A DNA stretch of 64,000 nucleotides from Octopus vulgaris (taxonomy: Eukaryota), in the NCBI GenBank assembly GCA_951406725.2, contig OX597817.1:75392001-75456000 (forward strand), read 5' to 3'. Shown one piece after another: positions 27,585 to 43,397 of the stretch. The notes below the pieces were generated by a model. The model saw only the letters and a program-made list of their open reading frames with translations, had not been told where the DNA came from and ran no database searches. Each line of letters starts with the position of its first letter. Positions within the stretch are counted from its first letter, which is position 1. Both the position numbers and the translations under genes were made by a program.

Positions 27585-28757
27585 TCTAAGCGTCTTAATA
27601 TGTTTTCAGCGGTGTAGGATTTACAATGTAATTATTCTTTTTCATTCCAGGTGCCATTATATTAAACATCTGCGAAGAGTAACCATGCCACGCACAAAAA
27701 ATTCAGCAGAACTGTCAGATTTTCAAAGAGGTCGTATTGTTTGACAATCTGAGGCTGGTCTTAGCCAGCGAAAAATTGCCGAAAATCTTCAAATTCCTCT
27801 TGCAACCGTTAGTACAATTATAGTGCAATTCAAAAGCCAAGGAAAAGAATCAACAGATTCTCGTCCAGGCCGAACTGCGCCGTCGGAAAGGAAGCTTCGC
27901 TGTTTGAAGAGAATTGTGGAAAACGAACCCTGTTCGAAGGCTTCTGACATTGCAAAACGACTAGAAGTTAGTCCAAGAACGTGTGTTACATATCTGCATA
28001 AGCTTGGGTATTATGGACGGGCAGCTAGAAGAAAACTTCTCCTTCAACCAATTAATATCATGAAAAGCAAGAAATGGGCTAAGGGGATGTTAGAAAAATC
28101 CACTTCATTTTGGGATAGAGTGATTTTCTCAGATGAATCCAGATTTGCATTATTTTCAGACAGTGGACGTGTTTGGGTCTGGAGGCTTCCAAATCAAGAA
28201 TTTGATTTGAAACGACGCCAGCCAACTGTGAAATATGGCGGAATCTCTGTAATGGTTAGGGGAGCTGTCACCAGCAATGTGTTGGAATTATAAACTCTGA
28301 AAAATACATCGAAATATTTAAGCAAGGGCTACTTCCGATGTATTCACACGATAACATAATGAAAAATGAGATCTTATTCGCGGAAGATGGGGCTACATGC
28401 CACACAGTGAAAAGGAATCAACAATGACTGACTCAGAATGGAATCAAAAAGCTGCCTTGGCCGAGCCAATCTCCTGACATGGACCCGATTGAAAATCTTT
28501 GGAGACAGAAATCTAAAACTAAAGATGAATTGTTTCGATTGTTGCGTGAAAAGTGGGAAGAAATTCCACAAGAAACAATCACAAAGCACATCAGTTCAAT
28601 GCCAAAAAGAGTTTCTGAATTAAAAACTGCAACGGGAATGTCAACTAAATATTAAAGTATGTAGTCCTACCTATCAATTACGTTTCAATTGTTCGCTTTG
28701 CGTATTAAATAAAAGATTTGAAAATCAAAGGTGTCTACATACTTCCTGCATGTCTGT

Positions 28758-28760
<3 letters not shown>
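27585..28760 (+). mobile_element. Tc1/mariner transposon; transposase pseudogene 27685-28655 (duplicate)
   Basis: ORF 27823-28293 with FSDESRF. Same early stop as copy 1, with one frameshift fewer. Confidence 0.9.
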
Positions 28761-28833
<73 letters not shown>

Positions 28834-29042
28834 ACACACACACACATAATTAATAATATCAGGATAATAAAGATTTTAGAAATTTTTACTACCAGTGCCC
28901 AAGCGTATAGAAAAATTAGTCAATAGACTATACATTATTCATATAAAATGCAGAGTACATTGAAACACATTAAGAGGTATCCATTATAGGACTCATAGGA
29001 GTCCTATGATGGATAACTCTTAATGTGTTTAAATGTACATTG

Positions 29043-29080
<38 letters not shown>

Positions 29081-29160
29081 TTATATATATATATACACAT
29101 TTATACGTCTATATATGTAAATATATATTTACGTACATATATATATATATATATTTATAA

Positions 29161-29203
<43 letters not shown>

Positions 29204-29357
29204 GATATATAAATATATATATACACAAATATATATGTTCATGCATATATACATACTTCAATGTACGCATATATATATATATATATATAGATATGTAGGT
29301 ACTTATATATATACACACAGATATATATATATGTACATTTATATATACATATATCTA

Positions 29358-29982
<625 letters not shown>

Positions 29983-30354
29983 TATATATATATGTACATA
30001 ATTTAAATAGTAAGGGTGATAAATTGAATATCAATTTCATTAATATCAATTTAAAACCAGTAGCCTAGCATATAGAAAAATCTGAAAATTCAGAAAAAAT
30101 TGTTATACATGCGTATAACCGGGATAACCACTAAGTGCACATACTATATGCTAGAAGACGAATGTTCTCTAGAGAAATTCACATGTATATATATATATAT
30201 ATATACATACGTACATACATATATATGTATATATATATGTTTTTATATGTATATATATGTATATGTATATATATATATACATATATATGTCTTAATGTAT
30301 ATATATGTCTTAATGTATATATATATATATATATATATACATATATATATGTAA

Positions 30355-30480
<126 letters not shown>

Positions 30481-30699
30481 AAAAGGAAAAATGAATTGTA
30501 TACACCATGCACTCAAACAAGAGATCAATTAAAGGAAAAATTAATCAACACCTTCGAGTTGAATAAGTTTTATTGAAAGCAGTATCACCTGACAAAGTGG
30601 AAACATGAAAATTGAACATTTTTTAGATACATACACACAAACACACATATACATACATATGAATAAAATAGACGTGCACGTGCGCATATATACATTTGT

Positions 30700-30768
<69 letters not shown>

Positions 30769-31037
30769 TATATGCACATATGTATGTGTATAAATATACA
30801 TATACATATATATATATATATTATAGTTTACTTGTTTCCTCTATTGGATTGCGGTTGTGCTGGGATTCCGCCTTTCTGACTTTAGTTCAACAAATCCAGC
30901 TCAGTACTTATTTTTGTAACCTTGGTACTTATATCGGTTTATTTTTTTGCCGATCTGCTAAGCTTATAACGTACTGGGACTTGTGATGTACTAGAACCAA
31001 AGATTTACTATTTGTGTACATACACACTTGCACACAC

Positions 31038-31107
<70 letters not shown>

Positions 31108-31187
31108 GTGTATGTATATATACACAAATACATACATCATGTATATATGTATATACATACATACACACATACACGTATATATATATA

Positions 31188-31407
31188 CGCAATGGCCTAG
31201 TGGTTAGGGCAGCGGACTCGCGGGCGCAGGATCGCGGTTTCGATTCTCAGACCGGGCGTTGTGTGTGTTTATTGAGCGAAAACACCTAAAAGCTCTACGA
31301 GGCTCCGGCAGGGGGTGGTGATCCCTGCTGTACTCTTTCACCACAATGGCGGTGCCCCAGCATGGCCACAGCTCAAGAGCTGAAACTGGAAAAAACAAAA
31401 CAAAACA

Positions 31408-31412
<5 letters not shown>
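31188..31412 (+). mobile_element. SINE with family C head and LINE-type tail, present only in duplication copy 2
   Basis: CGCAATGGCCTAGTGGTTAGGGCAGCGGACTCGCG head and an A-rich (CAAAA)n end. Empty (TA)n site at ~21012-21050. Confidence 0.9.
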
Positions 31413-31457
<45 letters not shown>

Positions 31458-31550
31458 CTTATATAAATTTATATAAATTTATATTTATATAAATTATATA
31501 AATATATATATAATTTATATATATTTATATAAATGCATGCATACATATGC

Positions 31551-31624
<74 letters not shown>

Positions 31625-31828
31625 CATGTATATATATACATACATATATATATGTCACATGCATGAGTGTATGTGTATGAGTGTATGGGTTTTTGTGTGT
31701 ATGTGTGCGAAAATCTTGTTCAGTTTTGACATTTCCACTTCGCCAGGTGATATGACTTTCAGTAAAACTTATTCTCCTCTAGGGTGTTCATAAATGTTTC
31801 CCTTAATCGATCGCAAACACACACGCAT

Positions 31829-31934
<106 letters not shown>

Positions 31935-34900
31935 AAATGTCGAACGACGAGAATGGGTGCTCAACACGGCATTAATGGATGAAATTTCTTTGCTTGTGCA
32001 TTAAAGCTACCGTTGGTTTCATGTTCAGGAAAAATAGATTAATATCTTAAGAATTGTTTATGTCGATCGCAATGGAGACAGACACCATTCCTCCATGTGA
32101 TCGGTTTATCAAACTGTTAAGATATTAAGACATTTTTAGTTGAACAAATCCAGCTCAGTATCGGTTTATTTTGCCGATCTGCTAAGGTTATAACGTACAG
32201 GGACTTGTGATGTCAATGGAAATGACAATAACAATGAGTGCAAAAGGAAAGTTGGACAATAAGAAGGGAGTGCAGTCGAAAAACAAACTATATTCATTAT
32301 ACTGCATTTAGTAACAGAATACGTAATTTGAAATCCAGAGACTGGTTAGTTCCATCGTGCAAGCAAAGCAATCTTTGGTTCTAGTACAACTAGTTTAGCA
32401 AATCTGATATATGAAAGAGAATACAGAGCTTGAAGAGGTAAAACATCTGACAATAACCAATGGAAAAATCATTTCGAAACATTACTTGATCCTGGACAGT
32501 ATCGTACAAAACACCAATGATGAACTTAGCTATATCACCTGACGTTGCAGAAAAGCAAAGCAAGCAAATTGTTCCATATAAAGAAGTCACAGGGTTCTGA
32601 CAGAATCCTGGTTGTGGTATATAAGCTTGAGAATAAAATATTACAAAGTTTCAGACACTGTTTTTGCTAATCTGGATCTGAGAAGAGATATCTGTGACCT
32701 CAGAGATGAAACCATTGTTACTATCTTCATAGGACAGTGTGCTGTCAGAATCGTTTGCATGCCGGACAAATTACTTAACAATATTTCTTCTGGCTTTATG
32801 TTCTGAGTTCAAATGCCACTGAGGTCGATTTCCTTTTCATTGTTTTTGGAATCAATAAAATAAGTACCAGTTGAGCACTGGGTCGTTGTAATAGATTTAC
32901 CTCTCCCCTCAAAATCTCAGGCCTTTTGCCAAGAATTAGTAAGAATTATTACTATTGGATTGTGGCAACTACAGGCGAATATCACATTTGTCTATAGACG
33001 AATATCACATTTGTTGGAGCTGCTCAAACAACTCATGTTACAGTCGGGGACTCACCTCTCCGAATCTCAGTCTGGTTTTTGATCCACAAGAAGAACTTTT
33101 GTTAGGTTATGTTCTCTCTAGGTGCAGGAGAAATGCTGACAATAACGTCTTCCGTTGCATTCATCAATACATTTGATTCAAATAAATTGTAAGGCTCTGT
33201 GAGAAGTGCTAGACAAACTTGGCTGACCACAAAAACTTCAAGCAACTACGCGGTGTCTGCATGACAACATGAACACTGAAGTGCAGTGCTAGTTTTCCGT
33301 AACAGGTAATTTTGAAGTGAGAACTGGTGTAAAGCAGGGATGAACAATCAAGTTCAGTATGAACATACTCCCATCTGCAAAACCTCATACCACACGTGGC
33401 GCGTTGCTTTAAATCTGGTAGACCCTCAAACATAGCAGAAGTAAGACGACAACTACATCGGTAATTGGACTTCGTGTAAATTATCCAGTTATTGCGACTT
33501 CAGCAGACAATTTGCTGATGATAACCAAAATTTCCTTGACATATATGAGAGCAGAGGTTTAAGTTTCAACATAAAACAAGGGTCTTGCACCAACAAACAT
33601 CTAAAAAGCAGAAACCTGGTCCAACCTTTCGGGTGTGGATAGCAATCTCTATTCAAATTAAAACCAAACCAAGTTCTAGCTGAAATGGTTAAGCTAATCT
33701 AAATATGGCATATTAGTGGCGTGATTATGTAATTAATGAATATTTCATGCACAAAAAGTGTGTATTAGATTATCTAAGATAAATATATTCAATTTTACCT
33801 ATAGTTTGTAAACCTTGAATGTCGAAGGTAAACAAATTTAAATACATCATGGAGTTCTCTTCGTATGCAGGAAAAAATAAGGGAATATTCTGATATATTT
33901 CAAAGCTGATTGACCACTTTTCAGAGCTTGATTACTGCTTACCGATCTGCTCACAGAAATAACTTGATAGCTATCGCTGTTTAAATCAGACACAAGCAAA
34001 AACCTAGCTGAAGTGTCTTGACTTTTTGTGCGTAAAATATTAAATGATTAATCACATCAATGAGTTGGGCACAATATGAAGTTATTATGGAAAACGGCGA
34101 TGAATAAAGTTCAGTTCGTGCATCTTAATGATGGTATAGGAAAAATTGATACAAAAAAAATTATAAATATATCTAAATAGGTGGTTTAGAGGTCATGCAT
34201 TTTCCGTAGTATGTAAGCCACGTCAACTTTTCTTATAGTCATTGAGATAGGTATTACCACGATAACAAATAACAAGGAAGTGAAAGAGTCACTCTGGAAG
34301 ATTTCTTTTAAGGACTTCACTCCCGAGTGACTTCATGTTCATCATCAAGTACATTTTCAGAGCGCCGTAATACATACATGCATACATACATACATACATA
34401 CATACATACATACATACATACATACATACATACATACATACATACATACATACATACATACATACATACATACATAAATACATACATACATACATACATA
34501 CATGCATGCATGCATAAATATATACATAAATGCGTACGTAATTAGAAGATAACAGATTCAAGTTATCAATGGAACTGTTAAAGTATGTAAAACTTATTAG
34601 AAGTTTAGTATTTAAGTATATATGCACATCTCTAGATATATATATGAGAATACACACATAAAACAAAACATAAAAATTTGCACATGCCCTTGCTTCAAAT
34701 ACTGCACACATACACAGAAACAGACAGAAATACTCTGATGATGTTGAAATTCTAATGAAGGAGCTATGAATCTAGATTAGAAACCGGGTCATTTCTCTAT
34801 TGCCGAGAAATCTTGAAGTAAAACTGAATAAATACACAAACACACCCCACACCCACCCACACACAGATTTACACACACATACATACGTATATACGCACAC

Positions 34901-35476
34901 TTTTTTAGTATATTTATACACACGCACGCATATATATATATGAGTATATGTATATATGTACATATTTACATCCCCCACGCAGACACACTGTCATACACAC
35001 ACGAATGCATATGTATACACACATAAACCAGTATATTTAAATAGACATACATGCATATATATATATATATATATGTATGTGTATATCTTTAAACCACTTA
35101 TCTGAATATTTACACGTATCTACACGTCGCGCGCAATTCGAGTGGGATGAGGAAACGACATCTGTGATTGAAATATGCAAAAAAAAAAAAAGAGACTTGT
35201 TCGCACTCGCTATGTCTTGTAATATATTACCAGCAAATTGGAAAACAAACTGAAGACCACAAATGCACATAAACATATTCTCGCGTATACTCACACAAAC
35301 ACTCACGCATGCATGCGTATATATACATACATTTATACGCTCGTGCACACATACACACACACATTTCATTATCCAGAAAAACAAAATATTTAATATTGAT
35401 AGTGGTACATCAAAATTTTGCTCTTCTTTAATATTTTAAGATGCAGGATCTTATATCAATGTATAAATGTATACTA

Positions 35477-35579
<103 letters not shown>

Positions 35580-35651
35580 AGTATATATGTGTATATATAT
35601 ACATCTAAGTATACATATATATATATTTAAGTATACATATATATATATGTA

Positions 35652-35715
<64 letters not shown>

Positions 35716-36342
35716 CATGTATATATATATATACACCTACATACATATAAACATATACATGAATATACATACATATATATATGATATGAATATGCATATA
35801 TATATGTATACATATATATATATATGTATACACACACACACACATATATATATGTATGCATGTATGTATATATATACCACTAGATTTGGTATGCAAAAAG
35901 AAAGAAATATATGAGATAAAATCTTGACATACAACTATCAATGTTAAATATTTGGTTTTTTTAGATACTCAAACGGTTTTCTAGATTCTTCATATATTAC
36001 TCGAAACATTCTCTGTTACCATATTTATTGTCGCTGTTGGAGTTATCGCAATCGTTTAACTGAAAAAAAAAAGTAAAGGCTTTAAATTAACTGATATGTT
36101 ATGTAACTGATAAGTTCTTGATAACCTAAGCTCGAACAAAAATTCATAAACAATAACGAATGTTACTAGAGAAAGTATTTTTTTTTCTGCAGTCACCTCA
36201 ATGCAACTTACCGTCAAACAAAAAAGCGCTGGAAATCAGAATTGCAAATCCGTTTACTCCGTAGTTTTGAGAAACAATCAGATATGAAAGTGGTTTCGTA
36301 GTAACTAGGCATCTTCAAATATAATGAAAACAAAACAAAAAA

Positions 36343-36598
36343 GATATTAATAGTTACCGCCAAGCTAATATGGAAGTCCAGAAATATAGAACGAATGCTG
36401 ACGTTGATTAGTTCCAAGAGGCCATCGCCTCTAGCTAGCTATGTAACACACGAACCTGTGTCCATTATAACCTTCGAACAGGGGAAGGCAGCCGCTTCCC
36501 CTTGCTAGTCAGGCATCTGCAGACTAGTTTCAGGGTATTTCAGCATTCGTCCTATATTTCTGTACTGCTATATTAGCTTGGCGATAACTATTAATATC
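36343..36598. mobile_element. Foldback element with ~59-bp imperfect inverted arms
   Basis: gatattaatagttaccgccaagctaatat...cgaatgctga versus tcagcattcg...atattagcttggcgataactattaatatc. Confidence 0.7.
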
Positions 36599-36719
36599 CA
36601 GTAATCTGCCGTAGTCTCGTTTATATTTGAAAACAAACAGAAAAGAACAAAGAAAGAACAATAAAACAACAAAACAAAAACCCACACAGACACACTAACC
36701 TCTCATTTACAAACACACA

Positions 36720-36872
36720 CGTGGATGTGTGGTAAGTGCTTGCTTACCAACCACATGGTTCCGGATTCAGTCCCACTGCGTGGCATCTTGGGAAAGTGTC
36801 TCCTACTATAGCCCCGGGTCGACCAAAGCCTTGTGAGTGGATTTGGTAGACGGAAACTGAAAGAAGCCCGTC

Positions 36873-36913
<41 letters not shown>

Positions 36914-37121
36914 TGTGTGCCTGTGTTTGTCCCCCCAACATCGCTCGACAACCGATGCTGGTGTGTTTACGTCCCCGTCACTTAGCGGCTCGACAAGAGA
37001 GACCGATAGAATAAGTACTAGGCTTACAAAGAATATGTTCTGGGGTCGATTTATTCGACTAAAGGCAGTGCTCCAGCATGGTCGCAGTCAAATGACTGAA
37101 ACAAATAAAAGAATAAAAGAA
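36720..37121 (+). mobile_element. tRNA-derived SINE family A
   Basis: Family A head, internal (TA)n and tail. Lies tail-to-tail with the LINE. Confidence 0.9.
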
Positions 37122-37149
37122 TATAATCAAATACTGCACACAGTATAAT

Positions 37150-39241
37150 CTTAAAATTGTTTCAGCTTTAAAGCTGCGGACATGCTGGGGCACCACCGTT
37201 GACTGTGCTACACCAGTATCTGAAACCTCCTCTATGTGGCATTTGGTGAATGAAGGAGTTTGATGCCGCTGCCCACATCCGTGTTTCCTGCCTTGAGGTA
37301 GGCTCATTCGGAACTCTTGACAGGAGGAGATCCAGTTTTGCTTTGAAGACTCCTACATATACACCATGCAGGTCCCTCAGGCATTTTGAAAGGATATTGA
37401 AGAGCTGTGGTCCCTTGAAACACAAGCTGTTGCAGTATTTGGTCATGTATCTGGTAGATGCAAGGATCTTTGGCACTATGCAGTGGAACCCCGTATTGCT
37501 GCTTGTAACTTTCAATGCTAAAGTTTGGTACAAGGCCTTCCAGGATTTTCCAGATGTATATCACTGCATTTCTTTCTCGCCTTTGTTCTAGGGAGAGAGT
37601 TTTAATTCTTTCAGTCTTACCCAGTAGCTGATGCGTTGCATTGAGACGATTTTTCTTTGTGTAGCTTCGTTGGATTGCTTCGAGTTTCGCCGTTAATTTT
37701 AAATTGTGTGACGACCATAGTTGGGAGCAGTAGTCCAAGCGAATGAAGACGTATGCCCTCCGAAGAGCCATCATTGTTTCATTTTCTCTTGGTTTGAAAG
37801 TTCATAGGAGGATCCATCCAGCTAGCCGTCTGCATTTTATTACCAAATTGGTAATATGCACTTGGAAAGATGCATCATTGCTCATGTCAATGCTCTGATT
37901 TTGATTCAGGGATTGCAATTCTTCCCGGACCAGTGTATCCTATCTGCATAATGTTCAGCTTTGTGTACTGGTAGCGCAGGGCTTGGAATTTTCCTGCATT
38001 AAACTGCATGTTGTTATCCTCAGCCCACCTGTATATTGCGTCCAACTTCCGTTGCAGATATGCAATATTTCCTGAATTTTGTTTTGACTGAGAGACTTTT
38101 GTATCATCTGCATAGCTAGCAGTTGAGTGCATGTCTGAGTGCACTATGAATAGCAGTGGCCCTAAGACAGTACCTCGTGGAACACCACTTGTTATTTGTG
38201 CTTCCTTGGAGGTGGCTCCATTGATTACCACTGCCTGACGTCTATCTTTTAGAAAGTCGTGTAGCCACTCTACAAGTTTTCTGGCTATTCTGAGATCACG
38301 CAGTTTGTGACATATCATACTATGGTCAACTTTATCAAAGGATTTTGCAAAGTCGTGGTATATTATATCCACACTTGAGTCATTTAACAGCTGTTTTAAC
38401 ACCCAGTCGTACTGTTGCAAGAACTGTGTTAGGTAGCTTCTCCCTGGTCGAAATCCATGCTGGGTGTCAGTCAGCAAGTAATTTTCTTCAAGGAACGCGA
38501 TTAGGTTCTTGCGGACTATTCGTTCGATGACTTTGCTGATGTGTGAGGTCAGAGAGACAGGCCTATAATTTTTAGCATCTGCTCTGCTTTCTCCCTTATA
38601 GATAAGGTATATTATCCTTTTCTTCAATTTGTCTGGGAGCTTACCACGTGCAAGAAAGCTCTGAAAAAGAAGCGGTAATGGTTTCGCAAGGGCTCCTTTT
38701 GCACGATTTGAGAAGGACCGCTTGGAATCCATCAGGGCCAATAGCTGAGTTAGCGTCAACCTCATCTATGGCTAGTATTACATCTTCTTCAATGTTGATA
38801 TAATCAATTTTCGATTCTTTGGCTACATGTAAAGTGGCAAAGAATTCTGATGGTTTGTTTACTTGTCTGTGTCCCAGAGGTGTAGTGAACACACTTTGGA
38901 ACTGTTCGTTCAGTATGTCACTTATCCTCATTGGGTTTCCTGTGAGGTAGCCATCATTTTGGAAGAGGGGTCCTATCTTGTGGCATGCTGAGGTTGTTTC
39001 TTTAGCAAAGTTAAAGAATGCTTTAGGGTTCGACTTTGACCCAAGCTTCCTTATCTGCTCTCTCCTTTTCGTGAGATTGATGCAAACTTTTCTCAATCTC
39101 CAATAGCGCTCTCTCCAAGCGGGACTTCTCACCCCTTTTGTGGTGCTTGCTCAGGCGGTTCGCGATCTTTGTCCGTCGTCTCATAAGAATCTTCCTTTCC
39201 GTAAGGATCCTGTTTTGGTGTATGCTGGCCTGCGCACTGGG
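37150..39241 (-). mobile_element. 5'-truncated CR1/L2-group non-LTR retrotransposon, frameshifted
   Basis: RT motifs NYRPVSLTS, QHGFRPGRS, DFAKSFDKVDH, SGVPRGTVLGPLLF and YADD (ORF 37887-38765). C-terminal LDYCSQLWS and SLEQRRER. 3' stem-loop tail. Confidence 0.9.
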
Positions 39242-39900
39242 ACATATTTTTCACATATGGCTTGCATATATATATTTACACACACACACACACACACACG
39301 TACATGCATACATAATATATATATATATTTATATGTACTCAGTGTCAAGGCGCCAAAGGCAAAATCGTTAATGACATTCCAGTTTATTGTATATCCTGTA
39401 TATCCTAAAAATGATTAAGTTGTTTACAACTCTAGCCAGCTATTGATAAAAACAAGTTCCGAATGTGTTTTTCCAAGGACCTGAATGCTTAGTTGCTTGC
39501 TGACGTCATAAGTACCAGACAAGATCTTAATTGGTGCTTACAACTACTTCCTCGTTTATAAATACTTCCCCGTCTGAAAACAGTGACTTCGAGTTCAATT
39601 CAAAGGCTGTGAGTTGGTGTTTTGAACTCTGTCAATATTCTTGCTACAAACTGAAGGTATTGGTCATGGAACTGGGAAGTATTGACGCCCTTTTCTTGTT
39701 TACGACTAAACATACTTTTCGGTTAACTGCCACTCTGTACATTAACATAATGTTTTTGTGGGAGGAGGAAGAAAGAGTCTGGTCTTGGGGAAGAGACTGT
39801 GCATATGGCTTTTGGCTCTCTGAGACTGGTGAATTTGGCTTGGTTAACATTCATTTTTGAAAGGTTACTACGAGACAGTTGCAGAAAAAAAATTATGCAT

Positions 39901-40068
39901 AAGGCGCAGGTGTGGTTGTGTGGTTAGAAGTTTGCTTCCTAACCACATGGTTCCGGGTTCAGTTCCACTGCGTGGTACTTTGAGCTAGTGTCTTCTACTA
40001 TAGCTTAGGGCCGACCAAAGCCTTGTGAGTGGATTTGATAGACGGAAACTGAAAGAAGCCCGTCACAC

Positions 40069-40101
<33 letters not shown>

Positions 40102-40320
40102 GTATGTATATATGTGTGTGTGAATGTGTTTGTTCCCCACCCCGCTTGAAAACTGGTGTTGGTGTGTTTACGTCCCCGTTATCTAGTGGTTGGACAAAGA
40201 GACGGATAGAATGAGAAGCAGACTTAAAAAATAAATATTTCATTCGGCTAAAAACAAATTCTTCAAGGCGGTGCCTCAGCATGGTCGCAATTTAATGACT
40301 GAAACAAGTAAAAGAAAAAA
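39901..40320 (+). mobile_element. tRNA-derived SINE family A
   Basis: Family A head and tail. Confidence 0.9.
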
Positions 40321-41573
40321 ATAAAAGAAAAAAGGGAAAAATTCCTGATGTTAGATGTTCTGGGTAAGGACTGTATGCTTAGCTTGTACAGTATTTTCCC
40401 CCTCTGTTTCATATTGACGAATTGTTTTAAGATTGTCTGACTAGTAAGTGTTGACTGGCGAGTATATTCTCACTGACATTATTGTTTTGTCTTGTTTTTC
40501 TCAATATCGACGCGTCGTCCGATTTAATGGAATAAGTTAACGGCTGACAGACGACATCGTTTAATTTTAGATAAAGACAGACAGCGTAGTCTTATCTTTG
40601 CGAAATTTTACCTGCCGGAGAGACAAACATATAAAACGAAAAGAAAAAGAGACGAGACAACTAAATCCTAACGTTTAAAGAAATAAGTATAATCCCATGT
40701 ATGATTGTATGTTTTCTTGTTATGTAGTTACAATACACCCCCAAAACATACTTATTGAAAAAAGCAGAAGAATAAATCCATGATCTGGCAATTTTAATAT
40801 TTCAAAGAAATGTAAGGAAAATACAGATTGGCATCAAGAATGGTAACATAGTCCACACTGTTTCTTAATGTATGTACATACATTACATACACGCACAAAC
40901 CGACACACACGAATGCAAATACATACGCAAACGCTCGCACACACAAGCATGCTTGCACGTATTTGTATTGTCTGAAGAGTGCTCTTTCATGAAAATCTGA
41001 ATCCGCATTATTATCCTTTTTTTTGGGGAGTGAAACTCGAAGCAGATAAAGCTATAAATTATTGTATGTAAATTTTGGTGTAAAACCCCTTATGGATAGA
41101 AAAATTCGAAAGCTGCTCGAGTGGGTTCGTGTTCCATGGGCGATGTTCGACTTTTCTGTCCAAAGGTTACATATGTTTATAGCTCAATGTGCTTCGAGAT
41201 ACACCATTAAAAAAGCAAACATAAAAAAAACTATTCCACATTCCCCAAGGTTTATAAATTCTTATGGCATAAGTCTCATTATTATATGTTAATCAAAGTC
41301 GGTGGGCTGACGGAATGATTAGATTGTCGTAAAAAATTGCTTTGCAGCCTTTGTTTCAACTCTTTATCTTCTGAGCTCAAATGCTGCTGTGGTCAACATT
41401 ATTTTCCATCTTTACAGGGTCAATAAAATAAAGTAGGATTGAAGTACTGGAGTCAATGTAATCGACCGTTCCACAAATTTCAGGCCCGTGGTCCACTGAC
41501 AGGACGGTTAGCTCGCCGGACAAAATGCTTAGCTGTATCTCTTCCAGCTTTGTATGCATGTATGTATGCATGC

Positions 41574-41606
<33 letters not shown>

Positions 41607-42044
41607 TGTATGTATGTATGTATGTATGTATGTATGTATGGATGGATGGATGGATGGATGGATGTATGTATCTGTCTCTGTCTCTTTGTCTCTCTCTCTC
41701 TCCTTCTCTCTGACTATCTTTTCAAAACCGGAAACGAGGTGGTGGCCTGACTATAGTCTCGTGACAGCCAACTTAGTTTTTGTCTCATTTCCAACATCGG
41801 AAATGCTATGTACTGAAGTTTGCTTTCATTTTGACTATTCAAATCCCGCTTCCTCTTCTTATCTTTTTCAAACAGAATTCGAAAGTACTACTGCTACATT
41901 GGTTTAGTCGAATGTTTATAGATAGGCATTCTGTAAGCCATCTGTCACCTTTGGATTGTAAAAGGAAACGAAATTGCTTTACTCATTTACCTTTTCGTTG
42001 AAAAGACGTGTGCATATATAAATATACATACATATATATGCATG

Positions 42045-42123
<79 letters not shown>

Positions 42124-43397
42124 TTAAATATCTACATTGAAGCGCTTTTATGTTGTTATTTGAATAGACGTGCTTCGTAATCTCCCTATATTTATCTACA
42201 CACTTCAACATTGAACTATTAATCCGTCTATCAATCTACCATCCGTTCCTTCATTTATCTATCTATCCATTCACTCTTCCAGCAATCAACCAATTCGTCT
42301 GCCTGATTGCCTGCCTGTCTGCTTGTCTGCATGTCCCCCTGTCTGCCTGTCTACCTATCTATTTACCAACCTTCCTATCTATCTGCATATATATAGTCTT
42401 GTGCGTAAGAGTGAATGTGTGCATTTGTACGAACGATGTATGTATGTATGTATGTATGTATGTATGTATGTATGTATGTATGCATGTATGTATGTATGTA
42501 TGTATTTATGTATGTATGTATGTATGTATGTATGTATGTATGTATGTATGTATGCATGCTTGCATTTTTGCCTGTTTGCCTGTTTGCCAAACCATCATCT
42601 TTTCTAAAACAAGATAAAGCAGATGAAACTGTTTATGGTGGAAATGGTTTTACTCCGTTACTTTCCTACCGATATCATTTGTGCAGAAATGAGATTTTAT
42701 CGACCTTCTGCCTAATAAGGCAGAAAAACAAGCCGAAGGTTATTATTTATGATAAAGAAAAATTCTCCTAAGAAATGATAAAAAATAATAAGAGACATAA
42801 GCAAGCGTATTTTGAATTTTGTAGTTTGGGTTGCAGATGAGAAATGACAAACTTAGGTGAAAGGGAAAATGTTGGGAACGGGGTTTGAACGATGATAAAT
42901 GTACCAAATAAATTGAAAACAAGGCTAACAAAGACATGAGAAAGATAATTAAAGTCCATAGACGAGAAATGTTAGAATCAAAGATGTTTGTTAAATGCAG
43001 TCAAAGTATTCTATTTAGCAAAATAAGGCATTTGGCATGATGATGGAAAAATATCTTTTCTCCTCAATTATCTTACAGTTCATATTTATTATTGTCTTGG
43101 GGACAATTTACATCACTTTTGGTGAGAAAAGAACTTCAGTGAAAATCTATTTCCCTAATATTACAATTACGAAAGCAATTTCTTAGAATCGTCGACAATG
43201 TACGTCATGTTTTGAGTGGAAATATCACCATTGGTTACAAAGGAAACTAATAATTCACGCAGGACATTTCTTCTATGCTTCTCTTTATAATTGATTAAGA
43301 TGAAAAGAAGATAGGAACGGCTTAAAGACCGAAGAACCAACGACGAAACAACGTGGTTGTTTGACCTGCTAGAAAATGCAGTAAAAACTTCCTCATA

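Noticed and set aside
40968-41000. CTGAAGA...GAAA as a hammerhead
   Set aside because: Stem II is weak, there is no stem I and no UH cleavage site.
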